From Pirellulales bacterium (GTDB taxonomy: Bacteria > Planctomycetota > Planctomycetia > Pirellulales > JAICIG01): a stretch of DNA of 64,000 nt. A model generated the notes under the pieces. It saw only the letters and a program-made list of their open reading frames with translations. It made no database searches and was not told the origin of the DNA. The stretch is from positions 90,801 through 154,800 of the forward strand of contig JBBDYJ010000020.1 of NCBI GenBank assembly GCA_040901675.1, written 5' to 3'. How positions within the stretch are numbered: position 1 is the first letter of the stretch; every line of letters begins with the position of its first letter. Shown piece after piece: positions 48,947 through 58,590 of the stretch. Both the position numbers and the translations under genes were made by a program.

Positions 48947-51031
48947 TTGTCGCCAGCATACGCCGTGCTCTCCTGCTTAAATCGCCGCAAACGCTTTGTT
49001 CTCCTTACCGGTATCGCGGTCGTGGCGATTGGCGCGGTGGGGTTTTTCTTTTTTCACCGTCCGCCGGACATCCGAGAGTCTCTGGCAGTGCGGAGGAAAT
49101 GGCTCGCGGCCGCAGAAAACGGTGACGAGCTAACGAAGGAGGGCCTTGCGGCGCAGTGTCTCGAAATCAGTAGGAAGGATCCAGGCACGGTCGGTGGGTT
49201 GCTGGCCCTGCAAATGGCGGCCGCGCGTGCCCCTAATACGGTCAGTGGCCGGCAAGCCCAGCAGGAATTTGCCAAACAAGTGGAAACGGCCGACATCGAT
49301 CGGCTTGCCCAGGCGCTCGACTTGGGCTTGGGGCCGTGGGAGCCGCTCGCTGAGGCCGCACCGGCCATGCTCGCCCGAGCGAGGCAATTTACGGACCACG
49401 CACAAGGCGGCCGGTTGCTGGCGGCTGTTTGCGTCGCAACGCGGCCGCAAGACGGCGAGGAACCGTCCGTGATCTACGTCGAGGCGGGCGACCTCATCGC
49501 GGACAAATTCGCCGCAAGCCCCGAAATCGGCCACTTCTGCGAGAGCCTGTTCTCGGCGGACTACAGCCCGCCGTGGGCCGTCCGGTTCGAGCCGCACCTG
49601 CTGGCCATCCTAGCGGTCAACCAAGACCGGGCTGTTCGTTGTACGTCTCAGTCCGCGCTAGCCACGATTGTCCACGCACAAGAGGACCGCCAGGCTGAAG
49701 CTCAAGAGCTGTTCGAGCAATTCTGCTCAGAGTTCGACGGCAAGCACCAGTATCGGTTTCAAGGGATCGAGCAGACGCTTTTCTCCTGGGCCAACAGCCA
49801 ATTGGACGAACTTCGATTCAGGGCCGCAGGCATGCCGGCACCCGAGATCGCGGGCATCGATCTGGCCGATCAGCCCATGACCTTGAGCGAGCATCGGGGT
49901 AAGGTTGTGCTGCTGAATTTCTGGGCGACGTGGTGCGGTCCCTGGATGAAGCTGATCCCGCATGAGCGAGAGCTGGCGGTGCAATTCCACGACCAACCGT
50001 TTGTCATCGTCGGCGTGAACTCGGACGACGACGTCGAAGCGGCTCGCGAAGCAGTCGCACGAAACCAGGTGACTTGGCGATCGTTCCGCGATACGAACGG
50101 CGACAAACCGGCGATTTCAAACGAGTGGAAGATCATCGGTTACCCTAGCGTGTTCCTGATTGACCACCATGGGACGATCCGCAAACGGTGGATTGAAAGC
50201 CCGTCGCCCGAAGAGCTAGCGCACATGGTTGGGGTACTGGTTGATGCCGCACGGCGAAATCTTCCGCCGCACGAGATGAAGCCGATAGTTGCGGCCCTTC
50301 CGCTCGCGGCGCAGCCGGAGGCCGTCGCAGAAGAGAGGCAGGTCAGTTCCCCGCAGCGTACCGACACACGCTTCCTGGACAAGGTATACCGGGCGCCGGA
50401 CGGCTCTGAGTCGGGGTACGTGCTATTCGTCCCGCACACCTATGATGGCAGCGAACCACTCCCCGCTATCGTCTTTCTTCACGGGGCAGGGTCCCGCGGT
50501 TCGGACAGCCGGCTTCCCGCTCGGGGCGGCCTGGCGAAAGCGATCCGGGAGAGAATCGAGGGATTCCCGTTTCTCGTAATCTTCCCCCAAGCCCGGGAAG
50601 GCGAAAACTGGACCGCCGAATCGACCGCTGGCAAACGGGCCTTGGCCATCCTGGACAAGGTGCAAGAGGAGTACCGGATCGACGCGGATCGCATCTCGCT
50701 CACCGGTCTGTCCATGGGCGGTCAGGGAACGTGGAGCCTGGCGGCGGCGGACCCCGAGCGCTGGGCTGCGATTGTGCCGATCTGTCACGGTTGGAGGACT
50801 GACTTGGCGGCAAAGCTGAAGAACCTCCCCTGCTGGTGCTTCCACGGCGACGCCGACGAGGTCATTCCCGCCCAGCAATCGCGCGAGATGATTCTGGCCA
50901 TCAAGGCTGCCGGCGGGCGTCCGCTGTACACGGAATTCAGCGGCGTCGGTCACGAGGCCTGTGCGGATCGCGCCTACGTCATGCCGGATCTGTGGGAATG
51001 GTTACTGCTACAGAACCGCGCGGAACGATAG
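48947..51031 (+). CDS. TlpA/redoxin domain fused to an alpha/beta hydrolase
   Basis: APEIAGIDL, GKVVLLNFWATWCGPW, GYPSVFLIDH; then FLHGAG, TGLSMGG, FHGDADEV, VGH. Confidence 0.88.
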   Translation: MSPAYAVLSCLNRRKRFVLLTGIAVVAIGAVGFFFFHRPPDIRESLAVRRKWLAAAENGDELTKEGLAAQCLEISRKDPGTVGGLLALQMAAARAPNTVSGRQAQQEFAKQVETADIDRLAQALDLGLGPWEPLAEAAPAMLARARQFTDHAQGGRLLAAVCVATRPQDGEEPSVIYVEAGDLIADKFAASPEIGHFCESLFSADYSPPWAVRFEPHLLAILAVNQDRAVRCTSQSALATIVHAQEDRQAEAQELFEQFCSEFDGKHQYRFQGIEQTLFSWANSQLDELRFRAAGMPAPEIAGIDLADQPMTLSEHRGKVVLLNFWATWCGPWMKLIPHERELAVQFHDQPFVIVGVNSDDDVEAAREAVARNQVTWRSFRDTNGDKPAISNEWKIIGYPSVFLIDHHGTIRKRWIESPSPEELAHMVGVLVDAARRNLPPHEMKPIVAALPLAAQPEAVAEERQVSSPQRTDTRFLDKVYRAPDGSESGYVLFVPHTYDGSEPLPAIVFLHGAGSRGSDSRLPARGGLAKAIRERIEGFPFLVIFPQAREGENWTAESTAGKRALAILDKVQEEYRIDADRISLTGLSMGGQGTWSLAAADPERWAAIVPICHGWRTDLAAKLKNLPCWCFHGDADEVIPAQQSREMILAIKAAGGRPLYTEFSGVGHEACADRAYVMPDLWEWLLLQNRAER

Positions 51032-51039
51032 CCGTATTG

Positions 51040-51420
51040 TCTATTCGCGCCAGGATTCCGAGAGTCCACCGCCACCGACCAGCAGTAGCGGAAGCGCAGG
51101 CCCTGTTCGGATTTTCTCCAGGAGCGGCCGGCATCGTTACTCTCGAAGAAGCCGTCGCCCGCCGCCGACCAGAGCCGGCCCGGCGCGGCGAGCGGCGGCC
51201 CGTGGCAAGAGGTCCGCGCCGGGCTGCCAGAGCCGCATGGCACCCGCGCCCCGGTGGTGGCGACAACTCCCGCCGAGCCGGGTGTCTTTTACGCCGCCGC
51301 CGAAGCCGGTCTCTACCGCTCTTCCGACGCCGGCGCTGCGTGGCGCCGGTTGGACGTCGATTGGCCGGCGGCTCACGGCGGCTCACGAGTCCACGCCCTC
51401 GTCGTTGCGCGGACGGAGTA
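51040..51420 (-). pseudogene. BNR/Asp-box-like gene fragment
   Basis: LWSAAGDGFFESNDAGRSWRKSEQGLRFRYCWSVAVD; broken frame. Confidence 0.5.
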
Positions 51421-51850
51421 GCTCATCATCAGTAGCTCATCATCATCTGCGGAGGCGCAGGATGATCTGCTCGGCCAGCCGGTCATCCTCGGGGTCGCTC
51501 TCGCAATGTCTTACAGATCCCATGACTGGCGCATGCTCCCCTTCGAAGTAGGCAAAGGCGCAAATCGAGTGAGGCCCCGTTTACGGTCCTTTCGCATCGA
51601 TCATTGGGGCGCCATTGGCCCCCGGTAAAGCGGGCCAGTCTTCAACTTACCGTCATTCATTCGATGCCGCAAAGGAGGATCGCTGGCAGAGCGGGCTGCC
51701 GCGCGGGCCGGAGAACAGCCGGTGCAAGTCGGAGTGCAGAAGCCGCTTGAAGCCAAGTTGTCGTTCGTCGCAACCAAGTTCACGCACCCTCAAGTGCCTG
51801 GACGCCTTCCAGGCGGTCAGGGCCAGGGAATGCCGCGCAAAACCACAAAG

Positions 51851-51879
51851 TTGACAGCAGGAATTGCGGCTCGTATTCT
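51851..51879 (+). promoter_or_regulatory. Sigma70-like promoter upstream of cassette-like gene
   Basis: TTGACA-N17-TATTCT. Confidence 0.6.
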
Positions 51880-51953
51880 CAAGCCATTCCGTTCAGAGAA
51901 TCACAAGTTCGGCGGCGAAACTCAGGCGGCTTTAGCGCAGGGGGGGAGCATCC

Positions 51954-52571
51954 GTGGCACGATTTCTTCTGGCCGGTGGTTTGTTGGCCGCGCTGATGGG
52001 CGCCGCCCTGATCCCGCCGGTCCTAGTTGCTCGACTGGAGAGTGGTGGGATGACCACGCTCGGCATTGGAGTTGTCTCGGTTGGCTGCGGCTTGATCGCG
52101 TGCGGAATGACGGCGGTTTTGGTCGGCTTCCGGCAGCGGCTTGCCTCCGGCATGCCAAGCGGTGTGCGGGCGGCGGTTGCAGCGAACGTCCTCTTTCTGG
52201 CGTTCTTTGCCTTGGAGTTGAGCGATGGTTTGGTTCGGCAGGACGGCAGGATCTTCTATTGGACTGCGGTCCTTTTCCTGCCGGCACTGCTGCTTTTCTG
52301 CGGCCTATTTGCGGCCCAACGATGGGCGTGGTGGACCTTTCGCGGTGCGGCCGCGCTCGGCACCCTGTGGTTTTTGGGGTTCGTGGCGGTGATCCCGTTC
52401 GCCAACTTGCAGGCCGAAGGGGTGCCGGTGCCGTGGTATGGGCGGGTCTATATGGCCTGCGTGAGCCTCGTCTTCGCAGGCATTCTGGCCGGCGCCTTCT
52501 GGTCCCTCGGCCGTCCGGAGACGCGGAACTACTTCGGTCTCATTCGGACGGAGGGGAGCGCGGTGGCCTAA
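51954..52571 (+). CDS. Multi-pass membrane protein (cassette-like gene 1)
   Basis: About six hydrophobic helices; GGGGAG RBS; stop lies inside GCCTAAC. Confidence 0.8.
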   Translation: MARFLLAGGLLAALMGAALIPPVLVARLESGGMTTLGIGVVSVGCGLIACGMTAVLVGFRQRLASGMPSGVRAAVAANVLFLAFFALELSDGLVRQDGRIFYWTAVLFLPALLLFCGLFAAQRWAWWTFRGAAALGTLWFLGFVAVIPFANLQAEGVPVPWYGRVYMACVSLVFAGILAGAFWSLGRPETRNYFGLIRTEGSAVA

Positions 52572-52582
52572 CCAGGCGCTGC
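52566..52582 (+). mobile_element. Truncated attC-like left half
   Basis: GCCTAAC (RYYYAAC) then CAGGCGCTGC, shared with 53476-53492. Confidence 0.55.
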
Positions 52583-53049
52583 GCTCCAGTGGCCCGGCAG
52601 CAACGCGCGTGTCGTTTCGCGGAATACATTCGTCTGGGAACCAAAGCGTGGTTGACGCTGCACATCCAGGAATGCATCGTTATGCTGAGGCAACGATGCG
52701 GCTCCGTATTGAGCCCCGCGCTCGTCACCATCAATGAGCAGGATTCCGCCGATGTCGCCCTGAACTCTGCCCTGCCCCGACACGCTCCGCCAGCATCAAG
52801 CCCATGACGAACGTCGCGAACGGCGACGATGATCTACACGCACGTTTTGAACCGTGGCGGTCGAGGCGTTCGCGATCCGGCGGACGTTTGCCCGGTCCGA
52901 TTGAGCTTGGCAATTAAGCAACCCCAGTCTACATTACGACTTGCATAATTGGCTGCCTGCGCGTTAGGCCGCAAGTCTGCGGCCTGCATGCGATAGGCAG
53001 AAACTACGTACAACCAGGTTCGGCGGCATGAGCTTTCGGGAGCGATGCG

Positions 53050-53514
53050 TTGAGTAGGCAGCGACCCGTTGAACGCGACTTAGCTCAGATGATGGGGTCC
53101 GTCACCGGGACAGGCCGCCCAGGTGATTTCACGGCCACCGAGCTGAGGGACCTGGTCGTCGAGTATCTGAACGACTTCGACGAAGAGCTGGCGCGTCATC
53201 CCGAGTTAGCTGACAGCGGCCATTGGGACTTGTGGATGGATGATACCGACCTCAACGACGCCCTGTTCGCCGTCGTGATCGTCCGCCCTTCCGGGTTGGA
53301 GTTCTTCTGCGGTCGGGGGAGAGGCCGCGCCATCCGTGATTTCGCCGACAACTGGGTCGGCGACGTGGAAGAACTGCAGCAGGAGGCACGCAAGAGCCTC
53401 ACCGTCTCGGACGAGGTAGTGCGGGTGAGCCGGAGGGCAGCGGAAAGCTGGCTTAACCGGAGTTTGGCATTGAACGCCGAACCAGGCGCTGCACCTGACC
53501 GCGGCGGCGAGTAG
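53050..53514 (+). CDS. Acidic hypothetical protein (cassette-like gene 2)
   Basis: 154-aa ORF ending AEPGAAPDRGGE, i.e. reading into an attC-like site. Confidence 0.7.
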   Translation: MSRQRPVERDLAQMMGSVTGTGRPGDFTATELRDLVVEYLNDFDEELARHPELADSGHWDLWMDDTDLNDALFAVVIVRPSGLEFFCGRGRGRAIRDFADNWVGDVEELQQEARKSLTVSDEVVRVSRRAAESWLNRSLALNAEPGAAPDRGGE

Positions 53515-53515
53515 C
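53476..53515 (+). mobile_element. Truncated attC-like left half
   Basis: GCCGAACCAGGCGCTGCACCTGACCGCGGC; GCCGAAC is the reverse complement of GTTCGGC at 53018. Confidence 0.6.
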
Positions 53516-53541
53516 GTATTCCTTGGGAACTCATGTTCGCA

Positions 53542-55344
53542 TCAAAGCGGAAGGTCGCCGTCATGGGGATCCCAGTTCGGTTCCGGAGGCGGTGGGTCCG
53601 GGAGCTTGTGCAGATCGCTCGTAAGCGACTCGCATTGCCCAGCAAGCTCGGGGCGGGCCGTCGCCACGGTGGCGAGCGTTTCTGCGAAGCGGTCGAGGAC
53701 CGGGTCGATGAGCGCTTCGGCAAGAGACAAATCGGAGCCTTGCAGCAGCTCGCGGAGATTGCCGAAGTCGCGGTTGAGTTGGTCGATCTGCCGTTGCGTT
53801 TCCGCGGGTGTCGATTCGCGATCGGCGCCGGCCCGCAGGCCGACGATCAGTTCGGCCAGGCGGCAGCCCAGGCCAAACACCCGGGTGCCCAGCGGCACGT
53901 CGGCGGTGTCTCCCACGCAGAAGCTGCGCGACCAGACGGCATTGGATCCGTCCTCGCGGGGAGTTGAATCCGTCACTCCCAGACGCTTGCGTTCGGACCA
54001 CTCGGCATCGAAACGGCGGCTGCGTTCCTCCCAGCCGCGCCGTTCCTCCTCCCACTCCTCGCGCGTGCGGCGGTAAATGTCGAACGCGAAATCATCATCC
54101 ATGCCGCTGCCGTCAAGATGCCAGAACCCCGGCCCCGGCAGGTCGGCCATCATTTGGCAGCAGGGGCAGTCGGGGTCGATCATTGCGTCGTGGCCGGACA
54201 TGCCTTCGGGAAGTCGGGCGCGCTCGCGCTCGATGATCGAACGCGGCGTTCGCCCATGGCATTCGGGATCGGGCGCATCGAGCCACGCTTCGCGGATGCT
54301 TTCCAAACGCGGGACTTCCATCGTGAGAAAGTCGCCGGCCGTGAACGAATCGGGCCGAGGCCCGAGTTTCGGCGATCGCGCCAGTTCGCTGAGCTGTTCC
54401 CAGCAAGACCACAGCGACTCGCGAACGAGGTCGTAGTATTTGACCAGCTCATGCGTGCCGAAGCCGCCATGCCGGAAAGCGTGCGACGACTCCGCCAGCC
54501 CGCGCGGGCATTCGCCCAGGAGCGACCAGTGTTCGCAGCGGTCCTGCAGGTCCCACATCAGGTGCTCATGCCGGCCGAGTGCGATCGCGCGCGGACAGTC
54601 GCCCCCCAGGTCGTCGCGCGGCGAGAGCAGCCAGGCCGCGTGAATCTGACTGAGCGCGTCGTAAAACGGACTGGCGTACCGCTCCTGACCAGGCCAGGTT
54701 TTGGGCGTAATCTCCTCCTCGGTCAACCCGCCGGCATCGACCTGGTCGGGCGAGAGGTTGGCTTCATCCGCCAGGCGTTTTCGCGCCTTATCGGTCCACT
54801 GAACGCGGACGGCGGCGGCGATCTCGTCGCGCCGAGCGAAGGCCGCAAACGTTTCCCGCGCGACGAACTCCACCAGGGGCCGGCCATAGAACACCGCGCG
54901 GGCGTCGACCGCCGGCCTCGCGGCCCGTTCTCGCCGCCGCTCTTCGGCCACGTGCTTCCAGTGGTTGCCATCGCTCGAAAAGAGCCAATCGTCGGCCAGG
55001 TGATATCCCAGACCTGTTCTCGTGCAACATCGACCGTTGTGATACTCGACGGTTCCTTCCTTTCCCGGGGACGAGTAGGTTGAATCGACGACGACCAGCC
55101 GCGCCACGAGATCAACGACGACCAGGCCCGCGTCGTACGGCTCGTCGCACAGCCCTGGCCGGAGATTCGCGAAAAAGCGGCCGTTCGGCATCGGCCTCGC
55201 GAATCGCGCAGTGGCGTCTTCGAGTTCCTCCAGCGTCACGGGGTCCGCGCTCAGAGCCGCGATTGCTCGATCCGCACGGCTTCCATGCATCGTCCCGGAC
55301 CAATCGCACGCGGCCTCTCGCACGACCAGGCGAACTTCGCTCAT
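53542..55344 (-). CDS. Hypothetical protein (600 aa) with DCPCCQMM motif
   Basis: Long ORF, AAAGGGG RBS before MSEVRLVVREA. Confidence 0.8.
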   Translation of the reverse strand: MSEVRLVVREAACDWSGTMHGSRADRAIAALSADPVTLEELEDATARFARPMPNGRFFANLRPGLCDEPYDAGLVVVDLVARLVVVDSTYSSPGKEGTVEYHNGRCCTRTGLGYHLADDWLFSSDGNHWKHVAEERRRERAARPAVDARAVFYGRPLVEFVARETFAAFARRDEIAAAVRVQWTDKARKRLADEANLSPDQVDAGGLTEEEITPKTWPGQERYASPFYDALSQIHAAWLLSPRDDLGGDCPRAIALGRHEHLMWDLQDRCEHWSLLGECPRGLAESSHAFRHGGFGTHELVKYYDLVRESLWSCWEQLSELARSPKLGPRPDSFTAGDFLTMEVPRLESIREAWLDAPDPECHGRTPRSIIERERARLPEGMSGHDAMIDPDCPCCQMMADLPGPGFWHLDGSGMDDDFAFDIYRRTREEWEEERRGWEERSRRFDAEWSERKRLGVTDSTPREDGSNAVWSRSFCVGDTADVPLGTRVFGLGCRLAELIVGLRAGADRESTPAETQRQIDQLNRDFGNLRELLQGSDLSLAEALIDPVLDRFAETLATVATARPELAGQCESLTSDLHKLPDPPPPEPNWDPHDGDLPL

Positions 55345-55634
55345 GTCGTTCCCTTTCCAATTCATTCCCCGAAGCGAACCGTGCCGGCCGAAGCCGCATT
55401 CCCACGCAACGCGAAGGACAACTTTCCGCAGCTTACCACTTGACGAAACTCATCATACCACCCATCAATCGGGAGGCCACGTTCCCCCGCACAATCTGGG
55501 GGCGGTTCAATGTCGCGTTGCGGGCCGCCCGAAAGGCAAAGGGTACGAGGAAGGAGGGAGAGAGAATGGGATGGGCTCAACTTCCAGGGGCTGGAAGCCC
55601 CTGGCAACGCACGTGCACCCTACGGGCGGAGGTG

Positions 55635-55700
55635 GACGACCTGGTCCACTGCCGCTTCGTGCCGTTGATCGGCGGCGCCGCCACCGGCCGCCGATCATGA
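55635..55700 (+). pseudogene. pcm: Orphan 3' end of a pcm allele
   Basis: DDLVHCRFVPLIG identical in protein to 45186-45224; 4 nucleotide differences in 39, all synonymous. Confidence 0.8.
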
Positions 55701-55728
55701 TTGAGAAGGACCGAATACATCTGCACGG

Positions 55729-58083
55729 TTAGGATCCGCGGCCCAGCTCCATGAAAACGCTGTCGCGCGAGGCGGCATCCTCGCCGCCGAACGCACTTTC
55801 CGACAGCGGCCGTTGACGGGCCGTCAAGGGTGCAACCGGCGCGTCGCGGTATTCCGGGCTGTCCAACAAGCCGATTTGGATTGCCCGCTGCGTGACGCCG
55901 CCGCGCAACTGGCCGACCAGGCGCTCCAGTTCCTCGGCGGTCGCCTGCCGTCCCAGGTACTGCACGTGCCACCCCCGCACAAGGTTGCGGAAGTTCTCCT
56001 CGCTTTGCACAAACCCCAGCACCACATCGCTGCGAGACATGCCCTGGGCGAGCTGGGCGGACCAGTAGTCGAGCCCGCCCTGCTCGGCCTCGCGGCCCAA
56101 CAGGCGCCGGTACATCTCGTTTACCCAGCCCTCGTGCGTGCCGCCTGCCGAGGCGTAGAACTCCTCGGAACTGACGATGCCGGCGATCACGTTGTCCGGG
56201 GCGCCGTCCCGCTTCCACACCAGGTCTCGCCAATACGCCAGGCCGCTGGCGTCCGCCTCGCGGAACAGGTAGTCGCGGTACATCCGGGCCACGATGGGGT
56301 CCAGCCGCTCATCGCTCTCAAAGATACCCGAGGCGATGGTGCCCACGCTCGCCTGGCCGCCGGCAATGGCCGCGGTCCAATGCTCCGAGCCGGCGGGATC
56401 CGGCCCGCGGCCCAGGACCTGCTGATATAGCCGATCCACCAGAATCGCTTCTTGCGCGAGGTGTCCCAGCTCTGGCTCCGGATCCGGCGGGGTGGTCCAA
56501 CCGTCGTAGGTCGCCGTTCCGCCGGCCCAGAAGCTGGCCGTGTAGTAGTCGAACGGATCTTCGCCCCCTGTCAGCCCGTTCTGGTTCTGGTCCATGGAGT
56601 TGCTGAAGAAGTCCATGATGTTCGGCCCGATCGAAATGCTCAATTGGGCGGCGAAGGTCGTCGTGGGCTTGGTGAACGTGACCAGAAACGTCCGTGATGC
56701 GTCGATGGGCGGGCCGATGCTCACGACGCCCGCGCCCACCGGGCCCTCGTTGATCCGCACGTCGGCAGTCGTAAAGGTATTCGGGTTGACCGGCTCGTTG
56801 AAGGTGACCAGCAGGACGCCGTGCGCGTCGCTCAGGGGGAGCAACTGAGAGCTGACGACGCGGGGACCGGTATGCTCGAAGATCCTCAAATCATATTGTC
56901 CCACGTCGCCGTAAGCGCCATTGCTGGCGACCTGGACGTAGTACGTCCCCGCGGCGAGAGTGGCGTCCACGTTCGCCCAAAGCAAGTTCGGGTCGTTGTT
57001 CTCGGCGATCAACGCGCCATTGGCGTCCAACAGCCGCAAGACGGCGTCGAGGTTGCCGACGCTCAGATGATTTGGGGCGTCCGCCTCCATGACCCAAATC
57101 GAGAGGTCGCCGCCGCCGGTCATGAAGCGAAACGTATCGACGTCGCTGGTCTTCTCGATCACGCCATGGCCGATGAGGCGGCTGCTGGCCACGGTCAACT
57201 GCGTGGCGCCCCCCAGGCCATTGTTGTGATCGTCCGGGCGGTAGCCGAAGCCGTTGGCGTCGCCGGCGATTTCGGCCATGTCGTCCTGAGGGCCGCTATA
57301 ATAACTATCGGTACCGCGCCACCAGGTGCCGCGCTTCGCCGGCCAAGCGCCGTTGCTCTCCATGATCGGCGCCTTGTCGGAGTTCCCTGTGTCGTTGTCG
57401 TAGTGCTCCAGGCCGAAAGCGTGTCCCGCTTCGTGCGAGGCCGCGTCGGCGATGAACCGGAAATCTCTCAGGTGGCCGTCCTCGCCGGCGGGGATGTCCT
57501 TGTCTTTGAGGAAGACGAAGGCGACGTTGGGATCGTTGCCGTTGGCGTAGGCATCGTATTCGGCGAAGCCCCCCGAGTTTTCGCCGTCGCGGACGTCGCT
57601 GCCGCCGCTGATCACGACGCGCAAGTACGGGTACTCCGGGTGATATCTGCCCGGGTCGGGATCGACCGTCGTGACGTTGATGTTGAAGGGTGCATAATCT
57701 TCGGCGACGGCGGCCCAGATGAAGCGGATCTCCTCCTGTTCCTGGGGGGAGAAGTTCAGCGGGTCGCCGTCGCGATCGTAGGCCGGCAGGCTGAAGTTGC
57801 TCCAGCCGCCCAATTCCAAGTCGAGGAGGGGGACCTTCCAGTCTCCGACGGTCTCCTCCTGGAAATGCCCGTTGAAATCGAGGAACAGCGTGGCGGCCGC
57901 TCCGGGCAGGCTGCGCAGCGGCAGCTCCTGAACGATGGAAATACTCGAGGGGGGCGGGGCTTCCGGCAGCGCATACTCGCCCGAATCCAAATCGACGCCT
58001 ACGGCGTCGGCGAGGGGGAAATTCGCCATCATTTGCCGGCCTTCGAGTGGTTCGAGCTGCAATCGGCGAGGACGCTTGAACAT
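55729..58083 (-). CDS. Secreted metzincin-type protease with PPC-like and DUF4214-like domains
   Basis: MFKRPRRLQLEPLEGRQMMA leader; HEAGHAFGLEH; APIM Met-turn; AGTYYVQV; LLGR...SEEF repeats. Confidence 0.9.
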   Translation of the reverse strand: MFKRPRRLQLEPLEGRQMMANFPLADAVGVDLDSGEYALPEAPPPSSISIVQELPLRSLPGAAATLFLDFNGHFQEETVGDWKVPLLDLELGGWSNFSLPAYDRDGDPLNFSPQEQEEIRFIWAAVAEDYAPFNINVTTVDPDPGRYHPEYPYLRVVISGGSDVRDGENSGGFAEYDAYANGNDPNVAFVFLKDKDIPAGEDGHLRDFRFIADAASHEAGHAFGLEHYDNDTGNSDKAPIMESNGAWPAKRGTWWRGTDSYYSGPQDDMAEIAGDANGFGYRPDDHNNGLGGATQLTVASSRLIGHGVIEKTSDVDTFRFMTGGGDLSIWVMEADAPNHLSVGNLDAVLRLLDANGALIAENNDPNLLWANVDATLAAGTYYVQVASNGAYGDVGQYDLRIFEHTGPRVVSSQLLPLSDAHGVLLVTFNEPVNPNTFTTADVRINEGPVGAGVVSIGPPIDASRTFLVTFTKPTTTFAAQLSISIGPNIMDFFSNSMDQNQNGLTGGEDPFDYYTASFWAGGTATYDGWTTPPDPEPELGHLAQEAILVDRLYQQVLGRGPDPAGSEHWTAAIAGGQASVGTIASGIFESDERLDPIVARMYRDYLFREADASGLAYWRDLVWKRDGAPDNVIAGIVSSEEFYASAGGTHEGWVNEMYRRLLGREAEQGGLDYWSAQLAQGMSRSDVVLGFVQSEENFRNLVRGWHVQYLGRQATAEELERLVGQLRGGVTQRAIQIGLLDSPEYRDAPVAPLTARQRPLSESAFGGEDAASRDSVFMELGRGS

Positions 58084-58294
58084 GGCACTGTCTTTCTTCG
58101 TCGGAAATATTTTGTTTATGGGAGGCAACAAGAGGACGGGCTTCCGGCCCCTCGATACTTCCAAGCGTGAAATCGGGCGCGTTGTTACCAGGTTGGCCGG
58201 CGTGCGCGGACATCGGGAGTGCCTGCCCGGATGCTTGCTGGACCGGGGGCGCGAAGGCCAAGGCCCTAAGCGCAAGCAGCACGAACGGCTGGCG

Positions 58295-58322
58295 TTGACG
58301 GTAGGCGTGGTTGGGCTAGAAT
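58295..58322 (+). promoter_or_regulatory. Sigma70 promoter of tRNA-Pro copy 2
   Basis: TTGACG-N16-TAGAAT with a diverged spacer. Confidence 0.75.
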
Positions 58323-58350
58323 GGCGTTCTGGTTGCGTTATCGTTTTGAT

Positions 58351-58425
58351 CGGGGCGTAGCTCAGCCTGGCTAGAGCGCTACGTTCGGGACGTAGAGGTC
58401 GCTGGTTCAAATCCAGTCGCCCCGA
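58351..58425 (+). tRNA. tRNA-Pro (anticodon CGG), copy 2
   Basis: Identical to 46821-46895. Confidence 0.96.
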
Positions 58426-58590
58426 CTTTTTTCAGAAACGAAGGGCTCGGCAGCACGATCCGATGGAATAACCCCGTTTCTTCCTCTCGTCGTCGATTCC
58501 CTGCGTGGTTGAAGGGAAGCAACCGTGGCAACGAAGACGTACAGAAATCGGGGGGGGTAGAACGCGACTCGTGGCAGGGCCTTCGACGGC

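Noticed and set aside
52566..52969. Single complete attC from GCCTAAC to GTTAGGC
   Set aside because: About 400 bp is far longer than known attC sites and no extended palindrome is visible.
58084..58410. N-terminal extension of the 893-aa ORF
   Set aside because: Overlaps tRNA-Pro and its promoter; the true start is likely ATG at 58083.
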